In this document: one piece after another, positions 1 to 12,700 of the stretch | Layout: each line of letters opens with the position of its first letter | How positions within the stretch are numbered: the stretch's first letter is position 1 | Position numbers and translations under genes: made by a program | Notes under the pieces: model-generated | What the model saw: only the letters and a program-made list of their open reading frames with translations | What the model was told of the DNA's origin: nothing | The model's database searches: none | NCBI GenBank assembly: GCA_964199315.1 | Contig: OZ116698.1 | Location: 15,624,001-15,688,000 of the forward strand | Direction: 5' to 3' | Origin: Orbicella franksi | Lineage: Eukaryota | Length of the DNA: 64,000 bases

Positions 1-3000
1 AAGTGAGAGTCAATGAAGAGGAATGATGTTCCAAATATGCTGAAGGACACAGCCAAAGCTCCCTGTAGCGAGAGGAAAACACATCTCAACACAATCTGTA
101 AACATACTATAATTTTTGCTATATACTTAAACCTTGTAGTTTTGCTGTTGGTGAGTTTTGTGTAACTATTGTAAACATACAGAGACAAATAGCAGAAACA
201 AATATTTTCTCCATTTTCCAAAAAAAAAGTATGCAGATCACTAAGCATGGATTTACAAAGACAAAAATAAACAGTCATGCCAATTTTACCTTGGTTTTAA
301 TCATATGACCCACTCTAGTAGATACACTATCTTCACTCACAGCTGCAATAAAAAGAAAAAAGAAAAATATTTACAATGTCGTATCTGCCTCAAGTTAAAT
401 GTCCCGATAAACCTCAGCCTCTTCGTTGGACTGGCCTTAATATGGGGCAGTACAACCACAACTGGTTGATTTTCAAAACAGGTCAATGAACTACATACAT
501 GTAGTATTGACCGATAAAAGAGTTGATTCATGCTGGCAGTAAGTTGTTTCTCTGATTGTGGTTCTTACAAAAAAAATCGGAGCTAAATTAATATCATCTG
601 ATAACATGACAATTTATTGTTGGCAGATACTGCCTCTGAAAGCTCAAATTGTAAATAGGTCCTCTGACTAAATTAATTTGTCTATAATGGAAATAGAGCT
701 AAACTTTTTTCATTACTTAAAGGAGTGGTCATGCAATTTTTTACTGGCATGACAGTACAGGGGCATTATAAAAGCTAAGGCAGTGTTATTAATCAGGAGA
801 AAATAATTTCCCAGAAATTGGTTAGCACATGCTATAAGCCAACAATATTTCAAAATGACTTATCCCAGTTCATTGCATTGTTGTGAATTTATAATTCTGA
901 GCGCCTGTTTTCTGTTCTTATGTTCAAAACACTTTTTGAAGACTTAAGCATCTCTTGTTTCCCTTCAGTTTCACAGTGTGTTCCTTTGCTTTAATCAAAT
1001 TTGAAGCAAATTAAGATGGTTAATTAAAACTCCCAGACTAAGAAGACAACACTTACGAGAACAAAACCAGACAAGTTCTCTCCTGATAAACAGTGCCAGG
1101 TGTAACAACCCAAAAGAACAGGAATACATCAGCACATGCGATGGACCAAGAGTTTCTTGAAGACGGATCTCCCACTCTTTTCTGTTGAAACAATTTTGAG
1201 ATTAAATTTTGAGGTTAAATTTTGATCCACAGTTGCATCTGGACATGTTGTAATAACTGGAAAAAACATGTAAATCTAGGCTGCGTTCCTTTGGGGTGAT
1301 CTGGATCAGGATCAGTGATCCAAGATCTGTCTGGATCATGGTGCATCAAAGAAAGCGATGAATCCATAACCAGAATGGATTCATCAGTTCTTTTGATGCA
1401 CCACGATCCAGACAGATCTTGGATGACTGATCCTGATCCAGATCGCCCCAAAGGAACGCACCCCTAGGCTCTTTTACGTTATGAATCAAATTTAACTTCT
1501 CTCAATTTATACTTTCCAGCTCACTCTGGAATATTTCATGAATTATGAAAATTAACACTCTTAGAAATTATAGTTTTTGCCAGTAAGTAAAGTGTAATTA
1601 GGGTTTCAAGACCCAAAGACCAGAGTCTACAAGACTTTTTAATGCCTAAATATTTCAAAATTAATGAAGCCACAGAGATTTAGGGAGGTAAGTTTGATTC
1701 CAGGATTCTGGCAAGATTGAAGGAAGTATTTTACACAGTATACCGTTCATAACTTACAACCACTCTTTATATTGCAGCAAACTGATGTTATTAGAAAACA
1801 ATAATATTTACCTTTGAGATGTACTCTCTTGGGAGCCAATAACATAGAGGTCTTGTAAGAAATCAGTTGAATCTGGTATTAAAAAATCTTCTAAGTAGAA
1901 TGGAACTTCCTGTTACAAAATGAAACAAAAGTTATTAAAATAATTAATAGAGGGATCAATACAGAGTACTACATTAAATGCTAACATAAGCTTTGCATTT
2001 CTTTAGAGTTATAGACACACAGCTTTCAATGTGTACATTCTCACAAAATGTTTGCTAAAGTTATATGAAGAGTGACCATTTTCAGTTATAGGAGGGCCAA
2101 AATCTTACCTTTTCTTCATGCATATTCCAGGTAGCAACAAAAATGCCAATTTGCCTGTCAGGGAAGTAACGCTCCATTTCCTCCTTTAAAAAGTTACCAC
2201 TCCTTGTCCGTGCTCTTCTTGCAGACACACGTGGAAGCAAGGTTGATGTAGAGAAACCAGACGCCTGTCCTGTTGATCTAAAAGACAAGTCTGTGTCTGA
2301 CGCATACGTTTCATCGTCAGTGACTACCTTCTCCAGTGCCCTGCTGAGCTGCCTTAAATCAGAAGTTGAATTATGTTGGAGATCATCTTGGATTCCTTCA
2401 GTCTGATACACACCTTGATTCTGATATACTGGTATACCTTGATTCTGATATATACCTTCATTTGGAGGTACACTGTCATACAAACCAGATGAATTTGTCA
2501 CAACACCTTGGTCATTAAGTTCACCAGTTTGCACTGATGGGATATCATTTTGGTTTCTTTCACTTGGATGCACAGATTCATACAACTCAGATGCATTAGT
2601 TCCAAGAGTTCTGTCATTAAGTTGACAAGGTAGGGTAGGTAAAGTCGAATTAGGGTCTCTTTGGATGGGCTTACGCTGATTTTTAGACTCTGCATCACTG
2701 TTGCTTATTGAATTTTCTTCGCTGTCGCTAACACTTGTCAAACTGTCATTTGAGGAAGATAATGTAACTTCATCCTCAGCAGGAGGTTCATCATACAATA
2801 CAGATGTCGTCTTCGAATTAGATTTAATGGGTGTTGAGCCTGTCTGTGTCGAGATGTCTGCTTGCTGCTGTTCTACCCTCAAAGGGTGAACAACATTCTT
2901 TTTCAACATCTTCTTACCCAAATCCTCGTTTTTCGCACTATTCTGGTAAGATTTAAAGTTTTTAAGAAGTTCCTTATTGGAACCTATATCTTTAAGAGGT

Positions 3001-3506
3001 TCAATACCCCTAAGATTACGATTAGCACCTCTATGCCCATCGCGAGGACTTCCAAAAGATTCACTGGAACCGATGCTGTCCAAACTACCTGTGCTCCCAC
3101 TGCGCTTCAGAGGCAACGGATCCAGCATCACATTCAGAACATGTTTACGACTTCTCCTTTCATCTTCTGAGCCAGATGGAGAAGTCCTTGGCGACTCGTA
3201 ACGACTTCTTTTGATGCCTTTCGAATTTAACGCCGCGACACGCGGATTCCCTTCCGCCGTTCCTGAATTCGAACGAGGAGAAGACGGAGGATGTGGCACA
3301 AATTTCACGTTTTGAGCATCTCCTTCTCTAACTAACAACGGTGTATCTTTTTTACTCTCAACAGCTCTATTCGACGACGAATCGAGTCGATTTCCGGCTG
3401 ATTGTGATCGCCTTTGCTGAAGAAGTTTAGGTCGGTCAAAGGACTGCTGCATAGCTGTCGTGCGAAGATTGTGGTTGAAAAACGAGTAATTCCCACCATC
3501 AGCCAT
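1..3506 (-). CDS. INPP5E: Inositol polyphosphate 5-phosphatase E (type IV, INPP5E-like); 5' part, 3' end lies left of the window
   Basis: In-phase GT-AG exons (minus): 3506-2109, 1909-1812, 1181-1057, 342-290, 62-<1. Translation after a long low-complexity N-terminus: IFVATWNMHEEK/EVPFYLEDFLIPDSTDFLQDLYVIGSQES/REWEIRLQETLGP...LFIRRELVWFCS/STRVGHMIKTK/GALAVSFSIFGTSFLFIDSH, collinear with the INPP5E catalytic domain as I recall it. Confidence 0.93.
1279..1463. mobile_element. 185-bp PIF/Harbinger-type (Tourist-like) MITE in INPP5E intron 2
   Basis: About 40-bp TIRs GGCTGCGTTCCTTTGGGGTGATCTGGATCAGGATCAGT / ACTGATCCTGATCCAGATCGCCCCAAAGGAACGCACCC; 3-bp TSD CTA at 1276-1278 and 1464-1466. Confidence 0.85.
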
Positions 3507-3921
3507 GATGATTCAATGTTACATGCATCTTATACTCCTTTTCGCTGAAGAATTTTTATAACAGGGGAAAAGAGCATGAATATTATATAAAAATTAAAAT
3601 CTGTTTTTCATCCGCCATATTGTTTATTCGCTATGGTGATCGATGGTGATCATAGGCTTTGCCAACTACATATCTGTGTGGGAGGAGTAGGTAAAGGTGA
3701 CCGAGGGGGTGAGTATTGAGCAGTTTTGGAATGCAATTTTGCCCAGGCTTCGAACACAACCTAAATGAACCCACAACACTTGTATGATGATACATAACAA
3801 TGTACCTTGATTGCGCAAGAAACAGAAATGTGTTACTTATCGGCCGTACCACGCACTACCTCTTCTACCACTCCCCTAAAAAAAATGCGTACCTCAGCAT
3901 GGGGTCGAGGCAAATGGCAAG
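3507..3921. promoter_or_regulatory. Putative bidirectional promoter INPP5E / SURF2
   Basis: Divergent start codons only 415 bp apart. Confidence 0.7.
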
Positions 3922-6900
3922 ATGGCGGACGGAAGGTCTCTGAAAAAGTTCCTGACAAAGCATCGTCATTTTGAACTTTACAAAGATGACCAGAACAGAG
4001 AAAAGGTATGCAAAGTGTTTTCAAAGATGAGTTTTAACATTTCTGTTAAATTCGGACTGACTTCTGATAGGTTTGCCATTTTCCTTCGCACGCTTGTGGG
4101 TATCAGCGACATGCGTTTGTTTGTTTAATTTCTAGCGTTTACTATTTCATTCTTAGCGAATGAGTGGTGCCATTGAACTTGTTATTAGACTTCCAGTATG
4201 CAGAAGTTGAGACAAGAATAATCATCATCTTCAAGATATGTAACTAAAGACTGAAGATAAATATTAAAGAGGGAACTTTTAACACGAAAGAGCGGATCAT
4301 GTGTGCTGAAGGCATCCGCAAGCGTCGAATGTCGATCGATAATAATAATACTACTAATAAAAAACTTTATTTAAGTGTCTTACAGCTTTAGATACATATG
4401 AGTTGGTGGACACTCTGCCAACTATCGACTAACTGTCTATCAGGTGTCAATCGAGGGTCTATCGAGATGTCAATCCAGTGTCAATCTAGTGTCAACCGAG
4501 TATCAATCGAGATATCGATTGATTTTCAATCAAGATGTCAATTGAGTGTTGATCAAGGGCATCGATTGACACCCAACGTCTGATGCCTTTGGTACACACA
4601 CTGCTCGGTTTCAGTGAGACGACAAGATAGCTGTGAAATACAAAAAAAAATCCTATTTAGTTATTCAGTGGGACATGATAGACTTTTCTAAGCTCCATGA
4701 CCATGTAGAGCAATTTGAAATTATAGCGCAGTTTGTCCAGAACTTACAAGTTGAACTGGCTCTTCACACTGTGAAGCTCAAACCACACTCATGGCTTTCA
4801 GCTTCACTGCTTTATACTTGTCATTTGCATCAGTTCTGATTTTGCTCAAAATGGATATCGATTCTTGCGTTTGTGGAATATTTTACACATTTTTGTGTTT
4901 TTTTCAGGATCGAGATGGTAAAATAGGCTATCTCCCAGATTTCACTTTTTTTTCTTCTTAACCTATTCAGCTAACACTAGTAATTCACTTCCATTCTATT
5001 GAAGGTAAAATAGGCGATCTCCCAGATTTCAATTTTTTTCTTCTTAACCTATTCAGCTAACACTAGTTATTCACTTCCATTCTATATTAGGTCAAATGTA
5101 AGTTAACTGGACATGAGTTACCTGCAAGACTCTCCGACCTTGAAAACTACATAAAGGGAAAAAAGTATCAACGATTGACGAAGGAAGTTCCAGATAAATC
5201 CCCTGGCTATGAAGAATACAAGGAATTCTTAGTACCAAGTGAAAAGAATAGGTAACTGATACATCAAAATGATTAACTGAGAACTTTTGTGAATTTTTTT
5301 GTTTCACCTTTGCATCAGTATCGTTGGTAATGTAACCTCAGTTTTAGAATAACAAGACAACTAAAGAATAACTTAAAACATGATTGCCAGTTCTTAGACC
5401 ATGTTTGTGTTTTAATGTTAAATTTTATGGTCACTTGAGCATAAAAAAAAGCTATGGGAATGCTGGCTGGAGACTATACAAATACATTAATTTATGTCTT
5501 TTATGTAAATAAATATAACTATGTAAACCTATTAACTTTTGCAATAAAATCTTAGAGAGAGAGAGAGAGAGAAACTGGAAAGTACACTGAGTCCTTTGTG
5601 TAGTAGTTGTTCTTGCTGTTGTTGTTGTTTGTACTCTGTGGTAGCTCCAGCTTCATGAGGAGCAAATGAAAAAAGCCTGCATGATGAACAACATTTTTGC
5701 TGCTCCTCAGAATAACACATCTGTTACGTACTGTTTCAATAGAGACTGCCTCTGTAAACCAAGGCCCTTGTATTTTTTACATTTCCTGAAGTAACTTGTT
5801 GAATTGTTCTCATACAACCTTACAGGAATCAGCTTTATTGCCAGTTGACCAAGAAAAACATTAACAATGCTCCTCATCACATTCAAAGACATGTCATGGG
5901 AAAGCGCTTCAGCAGAGCTCTGGAGAAACGTAAGGCATAACTTTTGCTTTTGTCAAGGAAATTTTGATTTTCAAAATGTCAAGCAATGTTAAGTGAATTT
6001 TGCTTGTGTTAGATCATGAGAAACTAAACATGGAAGCTGAGGAAGCTGATGAAGACATGTGGGTGCCCTCAGATCTGGAATCAGAATCGGAACTTGAGGA
6101 GGAAGAAGAGAGCGAGAAAAAAGAGGAAGATGAAGATGATTCTGGAGGAGAATTCTCATCAGAAGGTACATAGACTTGCTGAAAGTTCTTTCCAATATCA
6201 TTTTCCCATTTGTTTTGGTCGTCTTTGCGTTCGAGATTTCATCGCTTATAACTCCTCAGAGTTGCCTAAGAGGACATTCCTTCCTTGTCATTGTTACAGC
6301 TGTTACTGTTTTGGTGTCGTCTTTATTCTACCGTTACTTGCCCATTTGTTTCTTTTGAAAATTATGATGATTACGAGAAGCTCAAAATTATACCTGAGTT
6401 CTAAGACGTACAAGAAGCTCACCTATAGTCTCTTATGTATCACACACATCCTACTTTCGCGGACATCACTGATCCCCGCAGTATGCATGACGCGTGCCAC
6501 ACCTGAACATAGTAAATACAAGTCTCTCCGTAACTCATTAGTTAGAGTTCATGGATTCCAATCCAAGCTCGTGACATCTTCATCAATATTATTTTTCTGT
6601 AGGAGAGGCTTGTGTTCTTTTTCCCTTGGCTTGCATTTCTGAGCGAGGGCAGACATGGACGAGTGATTTTGCACTGAGCAAGCGAGCAGATGTGGGGGGG
6701 GGGGGAGGGGAGAGGGGAAGGGGATGTGCCCCTTTTTTCAAGTTCTTCTTTAGATGTTGCTGATGCTAATGCTTAGGCGCTAGTGAAACCAGCCCGGAGG
6801 AAATGACGATGGAAAGGAATACAACGTGGACAATTCCTGTGTTTTCAAGTTTGGCTCTCCGATCCGCTGAATCTTTTGAAATGATGGAAAGCTATGAAAT

Positions 6901-8329
6901 TCTTGGAAGAAACTGCATTCTTTTATTAGAATTCATAAAGATTAGGGAGAATTCTTGGACTCGTATAGTTTTGAACAAATTCCCTCGCATGAAACGTATT
7001 TGAACGTAGTTTCTAATTTATGCAGTTCTTTTCGTAAAATGCGTGGTCAAATGTGAGTTATGCCATAACAGATTGTAAGGGTTTTGATTTGGTTTCTGAC
7101 TTTACCGGGGGCAACCGACGACGGTTTTCTCTCAAATGCTTTAAAACGCTTTTAACGCCATGTGGAGTGCTTTTGACGCTCTGTAGCTTAATTTTAGGCT
7201 GCGCTATGAAATTTTTATCTGTTTGGTTATTCTGGGGGAACTTTAGTCCTCTCGAATGCATTAAGGCTTATTTTGTCCATTTCCCGAAAAACTTAGGTCC
7301 TCTTGCCTTTCCGAGAATCAGAGCTGACCTTTTTGTGGTGGCCAAAGCGACAATTTTATCACTCCGAAAACAACAGGCGGTAAATTTTTGATATCACGGA
7401 AGTTCCAGGTTACAATTGTAAGAAAATCGGAGAGGATTAAAACCTTTCAAACACATAATTTACCGAAACGATCCCTTAGGTGCCCCCGACTTAAGAGTAC
7501 TAGCAAAGAGCGATTGAGCAAGTCGACAATTTGAGATTTTAAAGGTTCTCTCTGCTTCTCGCAAACATGATTTGATTGATTCTCTGTTTTGTGATCAGAT
7601 GAAGAGGATCCATATGAAAGAAAAGAAGATGGCTTAAAAAGGACGCTCAAGGTAAAGAACGATCCTTCATGAACTTAAAGTTTCAGTTAGCCCTTTTCAA
7701 TTACTCAATTGTCAAGAACCTTAGACTAACCTTATCTGTCTTACTTGGTCTAACTTACGCGACATGAGTGTAGTAACCGAGTGTGGAGAGCACACCCTTA
7801 TACCCTTCCCTCCTTCTTCAATTAGCGCCTGGTTCTCAGGTTAATTGATACCTGTTCTCTGATTATCGTATTCCGCAAATTCGAGCGGATGTGAAAAGAA
7901 GAAGCACACCACACGGGTTACAAAATTTTCTTTTTACAAGATATTGGATAGGAATATTTGAGTACTGTGAGAGACTCGAAGTGTGATAGGCGGGACGAGA
8001 CGCTGGGGATTCTCTCCTCATCCTCATCCGAGAATCTTAAGTAAGCGTATAACGAATGCGTGCTAATCTAGATTTTCAAGTCCAATCGTTACGCGGGCAG
8101 TGTCGTTGCTCGATCAATTAAGTTATTTTTATTTTATTGAAATCGTAAACTTTCAAGTCTTATTATGTTATTTCTCACTGATGTTTATTGCTACATCTCT
8201 CACCAACAGAAAACAAACGAGACTAAAGCGACGAAAAAAGTAAAAGCAAGTGCTAGTCCAAAATTAATAAAGCAAAAGGACATCAAACAGCCCAAGAAAA
8301 CCAAAGCAAAGAAATCCAGCAAGACATAG
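3922..8329 (+). CDS. SURF2: Surfeit locus protein 2, about 224 aa, 6 exons
   Basis: Exons 3922-4005, 5091-5251, 5826-5929, 6013-6165, 7599-7651, 8210-8329 splice in phase (675 nt). KFLTKHRHFELY, VKCKLTGHELPARL..YIKGKKYQRL, NQLYCQLTKKNINNAPHHIQRHVMGKRFSRAL, acidic MWVP segment and Lys-rich tail match the SURF2 family. Last two exons are less certain. Confidence 0.88.
4444..4555. repeat. Degenerate ~11-bp minisatellite (GTGTCAATCGA-like)
   Basis: About 10 imperfect tandem units in SURF2 intron 1. Confidence 0.7.
4916..5090 (+). repeat. Tandem duplication (~87-bp unit, 2 copies) of the SURF2 intron 1 acceptor region
   Basis: GGTAAAATAGGC..CTCCCAGATTTCA..CTTAACCTATTCAGCTAACACTAGT.ATTCACTTCCATTCTAT occurs starting at 4916 and 5004. 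Confidence 0.85.
7240..7490 (+). repeat. Dispersed repeat fragment, second copy at ~29200-29425
   Basis: Shared blocks ATTTCCCGAAAA, CTCCGAAAACA, AAATTTTTGATAT, AAGTTCCAGGTTA.AATTGTAAGAAAATCGGAG in both places. Confidence 0.7.
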
Positions 8330-8832
8330 CCTGATAATGGCTACTGCTCGGCCTCTGTTCAAAGTCTGCCTCCTTTTGAAGAGAGACCGAGTTGTGCATC
8401 ATTCATTTCACACTACATCCGGGAGATTACAGAGATTACTTCAACTCTTTCAAGGCTTTTCATAGGGCTAGAAATGGATTGACAGGATTGTGTCACGCAA
8501 ACGTCTGCCATGTGAAAGAGGGATACAAATTTTGAAGAGACGATGTGTTGCAAAAACAAGTAGGAAATTCGCCCGTGATAAACGACTACCACAGCATACA
8601 GAGTCGGAAATCTAGGAGAATGATTATCCCATCCACAAGCCTCTTCCAACTATCATTTTTTTAAAAATATATTTAAGGTTAAACGTTGTCACGCATTATT
8701 ACAGATCGAGACAGCATCCACTTTTTTCCCCGTGGGTCCGCTGAAGAACAATTCACGAAACATCTGAATGTTGTCACGAGCCATCAGGACGCGAAAACGC
8801 GATAAATTGTACGAGTGCCCTGTGTTCAGTAA

Positions 8833-8908
8833 CCTGATTCTCCGGTCTAGGTCGCTCGCGGAGAGAGAGTGCGTGGCTGCGGGTGACCTGGACCGCCTGA
8901 GAATCAGG
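8833..8908. repeat. Small palindromic element / mini-MITE between SURF2 and ASPM 3' ends
   Basis: CCTGATTCTC/GAGAATCAGG (10 bp) and CGGTCTAGGTC/GACCTGGACCG (11 bp) nested inverted repeats. Confidence 0.6.
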
Positions 8909-9777
8909 CTACGTGTTCACAAAATTTTCCTAGACCACTGGGAATCTTTCTCTTAGATCATTCCCTCGTGATAACATGTGTTTCTTCATGCAAAGACATC
9001 GACTGAGAAACGTGGAAAAGTTCCTCGTACATGAGAAATGTGTGAAGAAAAGAGGCTCTTGCATGAAACAAACACTGGATGAAGAAGATTTGAGAATTTA
9101 GGATGAGGAAGTTGACTGAGAAAATAAACGATGAATCAAATCTTAATCCTGCTGATGTCGATTTACTCTTGTTCAATGTACATGTATTTACAGAAACATG
9201 ACAAGTAGAACTAACTGTGAACAATACTCAAAGCATGCGAGTGAGTGGAATCGACTTTTGAAGCTCTAAATGGTAACTAACCACGTTAAATGCAAAATAC
9301 TACTTGTCAGAAATATCCTTGAAATTATGTTTCCGTCTTCCTTTTCTTAGGGAAGCTTGTTCTATTTACGCTATATCCGTGGTAACGAATTGTTCTTTTC
9401 ACTATTTCGAATTTCAAACTAACAAACAAACGTCTATAAAACTTATATAAAATATATAAGACAAGGAAGAGTGCAGAAGCGGCCTATACTTAAGTGTGCG
9501 TTTTGTTAAAGATTGTTATGTCCCTAAAACGTTTAAAGCGAATAGAACAAAAATTTTGTAAACCTTATTACAAGTTATTCCGCTGTTCACGGCATGAAAT
9601 ACCTCACCGTTCATCATTTACGAATGTGAAGAACAACCTTTTCCTCGACATGAAGAAAACTGTCACAAAACACACTATACAACGGTATAAAAGTATTTGA
9701 CTAAAAATCTGTAAAAGTCGATAAAAAGTTCAAAACTCTCGACAGAGAGAGCGTTAAGGCTATAAGAATGTTTCTTT

Positions 9778-12700
9778 TCACTGGTCGTGCCCAACAAGAC
9801 CCAGTCCTCGCACGAGCAGTCGCACAGCTTCCAAAGGATCCTGAACCATGTCCAAACGTCGTTGCCACTTGAGCGAGTTGGATTTCCTCGCCTTATAAGG
9901 CGTGGCCTTGCATGGCGTGGGTGGCGCTAACTGACTTATGGTATTGTCTGATTTGGATTTTATCATGTTTCGCTTCGTTTCCAGTCTGTGGTTTCGTTCA
10001 GCTATGTTGTGTACGCTTTTGATGTCCTCCACGATCTTTTTCATGTTGAGAATTTCACGTGCGATGGAAGAGTCCCGGCATAACAATACAAGAAGACAGC
10101 AAGTCTTGGAGAAAATAACACTTTTGTCTCTGAAATTCGCCAGGAGCTCTACCAAGGTGTCGATGGCATCCGGTTCCTCGTAAACGGCTCGATAAACGGA
10201 TGGGTACTAGAGAAGAAAGAAAGAAATGAATCTTTGAAACTTTTCGCGGGTTCCTGTGGGTTCGTAAAAGATGAATCCAATGGAACCGACAGATACCGCT
10301 CACATATCATGGTTCACATCCGTCAATACGCATTCTAGGTCTTGAACGAGCTACTTCACGATTAGCGCATCTTAAAAAGTATAAAAATTTCGCAAGTTCG
10401 TCGATTATAATCCGTGTTAATCTTCTCTATCCTTAACCATCCGTGTTCCTATATGGTTTATTGTTGTGCCCGATCGTTGCATCGAGTGATTTCCTTGACC
10501 GCTAAACAATCCAAAAGAGCGACAACTAGTATTTCATGTATTCCACGGTAGCTTCAGGAAATATGAACCATCTTCGTGCTCAGTGCATGCTTGTATATTT
10601 TGCCTTTATCAATGAATACACTACTGTTTGGAGACAAAAAAGTCTTTAAATATTGAAAACGAAGGCTCAGTTAGTATCTTCAACAGAAGAACGGAATGAA
10701 AATAATCGAAATCCAGCTCACCTTTCCAACGTTAAAGAGGATTGATATGGAGTACTTGATGACCTCCAAGTGCGGTAAACTGCGGTTACACTTCTTAATA
10801 ACTTTGAAGATTACAGGCAGCGCGCCATCTTTTACTACCTGTTGACAACACACCTCTGATAGACGAGTGACGACCTCTGCGGGGAGACAAAAAAGCAACT
10901 AAATATTGTTTTGTTGTGCGTTGCAAATTGCATATGATTTGAGGAAAAGATGCATACCGTTATGTTCCGAGAGTAAAGACCCCCATTTCTTTCTGATTTA
11001 GCAACCTGTTCCTAACACTACTTTAGAAGGGTCACAACCTTTTTAGGGGGAGGAGTCACTATTGTCTGGTAGCTAATAATGAGGGCCGATCCGTCTTAAT
11101 AATTTAATGACAATGTTTTCAGTATATCGAGGACATCATTTCCACGGTCTTTCAAAGTGTAGATCACGAAAAAAATGTGGTCGATGTGTTTATTTAAAGG
11201 CTCTTTCTGTGTGGGGGGTCCTCCATAGAATAGACATCTAAACAACAATTTAGCGGTTGAATCAAACTGCTCATTTCCTCTTTTCTCGTGTGGCCAGGAA
11301 ACCCACTAAAACGTGCAATATTCGAGTCAGAAAGGCAGTGTGGTTCAATGGACTCGTCTAGTCTAAACTTACCCAGATTAACAAGCGCTCCAACTATTCT
11401 ACTGATGTTCTTACACTGCAACAGAAAGTCCAGAGCAGATCTGGTGCGGTTACAAAGCTTCATAGGTTCAGTTGCTGCAGCATTGGCCGACTTGATGCGC
11501 TTGCGCGCTCTTTTAACCTTGAGAGAGGACACCTCACATCTGACTCGGTAACCGCGCCAAAAGGCCTGGTGATACCAACGAAAGACATAAGTCATCGATG
11601 AGTAGTAACAAAAATTTGTCGAGGAAAAGTTGAGTGTTAAATATTTTTCGTATTCTAGCTTATTACAATGAGCTATTCAATGTTGTATTCAAAATGTTTG
11701 CCAGATACCAAAAGAGCCCGGGGTATCCAATCGATCAAATCGATAATCGATGACAATCGATATCAATCAATACCAAAGATTCGTGTGGTTATCGATTGGT
11801 ATCGATCTTCAATAACCATCGATAGATAAACTGATATCGATTGGAATCGATTGGTTGCAGATTGAAGGAATCTGCGCATAAGTATCCCATCTTTGTACGC
11901 AGTAATTGTAAACACATTTCATTTTAATCCTTTGAACGTTAACAGGAGAGCAAGACTCTTTTCTTTCTCTTCAACGTCCCGTCCACAGGTATTCGTCTTC
12001 TTTTGACAACTCAAAAGTTTGTTCCCGTCCTTGCCTTGCCTGGTTAACAACTTTAAACGCGTTTCCGCGTTCTCCCCCCTTCTTGTCAGAAACACTTCAC
12101 GGACGTTCACCTCAAAACGGCAAGGATGATAGCCTTTGGCGATGCACCTTATTCAGTAAAGCCTCTTGCCGGACTTCTTGCGTAGACATATATAATGACA
12201 CGGAAAGGCAATGACGGGCAAGTGGGTAATTCGAGTACACGTGCAACGGGGTATATTCTTCGCGTTGAGAAGACTGGGTCGGAATTATTTTACCAATTTC
12301 GTCCCCTGGGCTTCCTAAAAATGGCGGATGATCGGACAGGTTCGAGGTTGCTGTGCCAATCGATAAGCAATGGATGAACAGTTTTTGTGTGGTTATCGAT
12401 TGATCATTCATTGACCTATAGTAATCGATACCAATTAACTAACTTTATCGATTGATATCGATTGATCGATTGGTTTTTCGATTATCGATTTCCATCGATT
12501 GCATACCCCGGGAAAAGATAGGCCGCAATGTTTCAACAACATTAACACCAAGCCTGTTTTCGAACCTGAATTCGTAGTGCAGATTCCTGTAGTTTTCTCA
12601 AGAGCTTCCTAGCCATGACTCCCCTGAAAAGGGCCTGGATCTTAGCTGCTCTTTTGTGCTTCGTCTCCAGTTTCTTTCGCGTTGCTCTTTGTAAGACAAT

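Noticed and set aside
6049-6642. 197-aa ORF on the plus strand
   Set aside because: Alternative frame of SURF2 exon 4 reading into the intron; the in-phase spliced frame gives SURF2.
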